In this document: positions 58,150 to 64,000 of the stretch, piece by piece
Layout: each line of letters starts with the position of its first letter
How positions within the stretch are numbered: the stretch's first letter is position 1
DNA from: Dictyostelium discoideum
Taxonomy: Eukaryota
Length of the DNA: 64,000 nt
Assembly (NCBI GenBank): GCA_000004695.1
Contig: CM000150.2
Coordinates: 4,576,001 to 4,640,000, forward strand
Direction of reading: 5' to 3'
Notes under the pieces: model-generated
The model's database searches: none
What the model was told of the DNA's origin: nothing
The model's input: the letters and a program-made list of their open reading frames with translations, nothing else
Made by a program: the position numbers and the translations under genes

Positions 58150-58980
58150 ACTTTTTAGTTTACAAAATTCTAATAATAGTTTTAAAAATAGTAATAATAA
58201 TAATATTATTCAACACCATCATCAATATGGAGCTTATTATTATCATCTTTATTATTATTTTAATAACTACTTTATGTTTTCAATTATAATTGTTAGAATA
58301 GTAACAATTACAAAACATCAACTTTGTAGTATTAAAAAATATCGTCCTTGGAGATGGAAATTTTAAAAGATTTCTAACGTTGGGCCAACAAGTGACACAA
58401 CAAATATCATTTATTCAACCAAAAAAAAAAAAAAAAATACTTTTTTTTTTTCTTTTTTACTTGTTCAATATTATTATTTTCTTTTTTTTTTTTTTAAAAA
58501 AAAAACAAATAACATATGGTTGTTCAGTCAATAGTAAAAATTAAAAAAAAAAAAAAAGAGCTTCTTTTTTTTTAATTAGTTATTTCTATATATTAATCAT
58601 TTTTTAAACTATAAAATTAAATTTATAATTAAAAAAGGTTCACTTCACTTCTAAATAATTAATAAATAAACTAAAAAAATATTAATTATTTCATTCATAT
58701 ACAAAATTGTTTTTTTTTTTTTTTTAACACTATTATTTTTTCTGGTTTTTTATTTTTTTTATATTTTATTTTAATCTTTAATAATTATTAAACGATCGAA
58801 CAAAAATAAAGGTTAAAAGTTTTTTTATTATGAAAAATTATTAATTTAAATTTTTTTATTTTTTATTTTTTTTATTTTTGTAAATATTGTTTTGGAAAAA
58901 AAATAATAATAAAATGTAATATTTATATTTACAATATTTTAATCTAATTAAATAATATAATTTTTTTATTTTTGTAAAAA

Positions 58981-59241
58981 ATGACAAGTATAATTAGTAA
59001 AGTTATTTCTGAAGTATTTGTTGAATTTAATGAATCAATTGGAAAGCAAGCTATTTTCTTTTTAACAAATTTAATAAAACAATGTACAAATCTTGATGAA
59101 ATGAAACAAGAATTTATAATATTTTGTAAAGATAATTCTTTAATTGAAAAGGATTCCGATATCGAAAAAACTTTTAGAGAGATTATTAATAATTTAAAAA
59201 AAAGAAAAATGAATTGCATTTACCATCAGATCATCCAATAA
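58981..59241 (+). pseudogene. Truncated paralog/fragment of the upstream HEAT-repeat gene (N-terminal about 85 aa only)
   Basis: MTSIISKVISEVFVEFNES...QEFIIFCKDNSLIEKDSDIEKTFREIINNLKKRK aligns to residues about 5-85 of the 57487 gene (ILISECIKESLIEFKE...FNLFCKDFDMPFKDEDNEIDRVFNQLINLLKRKG). The ORF then terminates and no HEAT-repeat half follows. Confidence 0.45.
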
Positions 59242-59488
59242 TTCAATCCTCACCAATTCTTCCTTCATCTCCTATTATTGAAAATAATAATAACTATAAA
59301 TAAACTTTTTTTTATTAATTTAGTTGTTCAATGCTTTTTTTATTTATAAATTTATTTATTATCTAATTTTTTTATTTAATTTTTTTATTAAAATTATATG
59401 GGGTTTTCAATATTATTTGTATTTTTTCAAATTATTTTTATAAAATTATTAAATTATATTTAGTATAACAATTTTTTTATTTATTATG

Positions 59489-59528
<40 letters not shown>

Positions 59529-59593
59529 ACAAAATTTTTTTATTTTTTTTATTTTCATTTTTTTTTTTTTTCATTTTAGTCAAAAAAACAATA

Positions 59594-61043
59594 ATGCAAG
59601 TTCAACAACCACAACAGATACAGCAACAACATTTACAACAACAACAGGCACAGCAGCACCAACAACAACAGGTACAGCAACATCAACAGCAACAACAACA
59701 ACAACAACAACAACAACAAATATATCAACAAATTGTAAATCAACCAGTTAATAATGTACATCAATTACCATCATTACAACAACAACAATTATTAGAACAA
59801 TATGATGAATTATTAAAACAAGTTAGTTTAATTAGGTCAAATGTTTCAGATTTTTTTAATAGTTTTATAGAGGATGCAAAACAACAACAAACCATTGTAA
59901 ATAAAGAAGAGATGAAACAAAAATTAAAGAAATCTATGGATTTAGTACTTGGATCAATTTCATCAATTGATAAAGTTTCAAAGAGAATATCGAGTTATTC
60001 ATTTCAAATTGCATCATCAAATTTCTCAACACAAGAAGCATCATGGGCTTATTCAACTGGTATCTATGATAATAGGAATATTAAAGTTCAATTAGAAATT
60101 AGAAATGAAAATTATTGGAGATCTCAAACTTCCTATAAATCATCACTAGCTTCATCAAATTTAGAAAATAAATTAAAAGATTTATTTCCAATCATTTTTC
60201 AAGAGGATGAAGAATCTTCATCATTATCAAAAAAAAGAAAACAAATTTCATCTTTAACTTCGAATTCACTAAGTACCACTACCATTACAACTACTACTAC
60301 ACCATCACCATTATTTAAATTACCATCAACACCACCAACTTTATTATTGTCAGGTACAATATCACCATTTTATGATTATTTTGCACAAATTGAGCGTGTA
60401 ATTCATTCAATTAGACAAGAATCTGCTTTGGAAATATTTGAAATTCAAAAACAATCATCTGGTGCACCAAAAGGTTTATTCGTTGAATGTCCTGACGTTT
60501 TTAAATGTTTAATTTGTTTTGGTATACCAAATGATAGAAAAGATTGTTTTACAATTGATAGAATTTCATTTTTTGGTGTAAAAGAAAATGTATGTATTTT
60601 AATTATTTTATTTATTTATTTATTAATTTATTAATTTATTTATTTATTAATTAATTAATTAATTAATTATTTATTTATTTTTATAGTTTGATTCATTATG
60701 GGCATCTTCAAAATATAATATATTTAAAAAGATTTCAGAAAATTCATTTGAAGCAATTAGTTATTATTCAGCAAATCCAAATGGTGGATCAATTTTAAAA
60801 TGTATTTTATCTTGGATTTGGTCATTTAGAGGTTTATTTTTAGAAGAATGTAAAGGTTGTCAAGATATTTTACATTTAGATTCTCCTCAATATATGTATT
60901 TACCACCTTCATTTAGAACTTTTGATAATTATACTCCTTACCATCCATCTTGTTATCAAAATCATTTATTATCTTGTAATTCTTTTTCTTCTTCAACTTC
61001 TTCCTCTATTCAACAAAGCCCTTTCTCACCTCTAAATAAATAA
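59594..61043 (+). CDS. PolyQ-rich protein with a C-terminal Cys/His motif, tentatively Mediator subunit 27-like, 2 exons: join(59594..60589,60687..61043), about 450 aa
   Basis: ATG 59594 opens MQVQQPQQIQQQHLQQQQ... Exon 1 ends at GAAAAT|GTATGT (60590). The TTTATAG acceptor at 60686 leads into FDSLWASSKYNIF...ECKGCQDILHLDSPQYMYLPPSFRTFDNYTPYHPSCYQNHL. The C-x2-C...H-x2-C spacing near the C-terminus is reminiscent of MED27. The identification is unverified. Confidence 0.4.
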
Positions 61044-61127
61044 AATAAAATAATAATAATAATAATAATAATAATAATTTAATTAAAAATAATAATAAAA
61101 ATAAATTGTAAATATTTTAAAATTGGT

Positions 61128-61430
61128 TTATTTTATTAAGATTATTTGTTGTTTTTGGGAGCTTTTTTTTCTTTTTGGGACCCCAGAAAAATTAAGATCC
61201 AAAATATTGACGAAAAATAGATCTTGAATATTTTTATTTCCTAATAATCCATCATCACCACTATAGTAGCACATTATGTCTGAAAATTTAAAAGTTGGGT
61301 AGGTTCCATCTTCTTTAGGTTTTAATGAAGCATAAAGCATTGCAGTACTTTTGTATTTTTCAAAATATTCCACCAAATCGGAGACTAATTTAGCTGGGCT
61401 ACCATCAGGTATCTCTAGTCATTAAAATCA
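61128..61430 (-). CDS. Terminal exon of an unidentified gene (...IPDGSPAKLVSDLVEYFEKYKSTAMLYASLKPKEDGTYPTFKFSDIMCYYSGDDGLLGNKNIQDLFFVNILDLNFSGVPKRKKSSQKQQIILIK*)
   Basis: The ORF is locally GC-richer and is preceded by an in-frame stop and a TAG acceptor at about 61430. Upstream exons were not identified; the region 61440..62000 is (TATTT)n/poly(T)-rich. Confidence 0.3.
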
Positions 61431-62216
61431 TATTCGAATTTCATATTTGATATTTTATTTTATTTTATTTTATTTTATTTTATTTTATTTTATTTTATTT
61501 TATTTTTTCAGTTTTTTTGTGTTTTTACAAAATTAATGAAAATTGTTGAACTAAAATAGAATATACAAAAATTGAAATGAACTTACTTTTTTTTTTACTT
61601 TTTTATTTATTTTTATATTTTTATTTATTTTTTTTGGGTGAAAAGTAATTTTGTACGACTCTGGTGGGTTTGCCACCTCTTTTTTTTTTTTTTTACTTTT
61701 AAATTTTTTATTTTCTATGCAACTCCCCTTATTATATTCATTTTAAAATATTTTGAGTGATTCATATAAAAAATAAAAAAAATTAAATCATTTTAAAAAA
61801 AATAAGGTTAAAGAAACGCTAAATTTAAATGAAAAAAAAATTTTATCAATAATTTTCGGTCAAATTCAGGGACATGATATTTTATATTTTGAAAAAAAAT
61901 AAATAAAAAAATTTTTAGTTATTTTCAAAATTAAACCCCCACATGACGTCAAGTTTTAAAATAAAAAAATTAAGATATTTTTTTTTTTTTTTTTTTTTTT
62001 TTTTCTAAAAAAATATCTAACCCCTCACTCAGAAGCTTCTTTGTTTTTTTTTGATCGTCACATATAAAGAAAGTTATATTGAAAAGGAATTTAATTTTTC
62101 TTTAAATTTTTACTTTTAATAAATTTTTTTTTTGATTTTGAACTATAAAAAGATGTTTTAAAATAGTTTTTTCATTTTTTTTAAACATTTTAAAATAAAA
62201 CAATTAAAAAAATAAA

Positions 62217-63569
<1,353 letters not shown>

Positions 63570-63578
63570 AAAAATTAA

Positions 63579-63610
<32 letters not shown>

Positions 63611-63722
63611 TTACCACCACCTTGCCATGTGTTTTTTTTTTTTAATGTGAAAAATATAGGGGAAAGGATGAAATTATTTTAATTTATAAAATTTTATTTT
63701 ATTTTAGTTTATTTTATTTATC

Positions 63723-63989
63723 TTAACATTTTTTTAATTGATATAATTCATTTTTTAAAATTTGAGCATCTTTTACAGCAATTTCCAATTCATTTGTTAT
63801 ACGTTCAATTGAAATAGTCATATTTTTTAAAAGATTATAAAGTGGTTCGACGGCTTCTGGTGAAATTTCATATTTAATTTTCTCTTTTTCCATTGAACCT
63901 AATTTCAATTGATTCGAGATTTCTTCGACTTTTGATTTAATTGAATTTGGTTGATTAATCTCTTCGAATAATTCATAGATTTTTTTCAT
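63723..63989 (-). CDS. Small (88 aa) predicted coiled-coil protein, unknown function
   Basis: The ORF MKKIYELFEEINQPNSIKSKVEEISNQLKLGSMEKEKIKYEISPEAVEPLYNLLKNMTISIERITNELEIAVKDAQILKNELYQLKKC runs from ATG at 63989 to a stop at 63723. It shows a heptad-like distribution of hydrophobic residues. It may be incomplete or part of a multi-exon gene extending beyond the window. Confidence 0.3.
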   Translation of the reverse strand: MKKIYELFEEINQPNSIKSKVEEISNQLKLGSMEKEKIKYEISPEAVEPLYNLLKNMTISIERITNELEIAVKDAQILKNELYQLKKC

Positions 63990-64000
63990 AATTCTTTCTT

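Overview
This 64 kb window is eukaryotic nuclear DNA and is almost certainly Dictyostelium discoideum or a very close dictyostelid. The evidence is about 78-80% A+T, poly(A)/poly(T) intergenic tracts and abundant (AAT)n/(ATT)n microsatellites. The short introns (about 75-220 nt) have GTAAGT/GTATGT/GTAAAT donors and (T)nAG acceptors. An intron-less actin ORF has the familiar Dictyostelium major-actin sequence. I found no prokaryotic-style system (no operons, CRISPR or defence islands), no rRNA or tRNA, and no recognisable transposon (no reverse transcriptase or transposase ORF). I modelled about 26 protein-coding loci by eye from splice signals and reading-frame continuity, so exon coordinates are best estimates (a few may be off by 1-3 nt).

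Genes in order along the window:
- a GT13 (GlcNAc-transferase I-like) glycosyltransferase
- a DOMON + cytochrome-b561 protein
- three tandem FNIP-repeat paralogs
- a four-copy perfect tandem array (about 1.33 kb unit) of a 138-aa secreted protein
- a secreted Ntn-hydrolase-like protein
- ethanolamine-phosphate cytidylyltransferase
- actin, followed by an actin pseudogene fragment
- four paralogs (three tandem, one nearby) of an uncharacterised tetraspan membrane-protein family
- an F-box protein
- an inverted, tail-to-tail pair of ELO fatty-acid elongase genes (one apparently frame-disrupted)
- a tiny five-exon LIM-domain gene
- an approximately 1740-aa cysteine-rich protein with a C-terminal 7TM domain
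- 40S ribosomal protein SA
- a MED27-like gene
- several low-complexity (Q/N/S-rich) proteins

The most interesting structures are the tandem secreted-protein array, the tetraspan family cluster, and the ELO inverted duplication.
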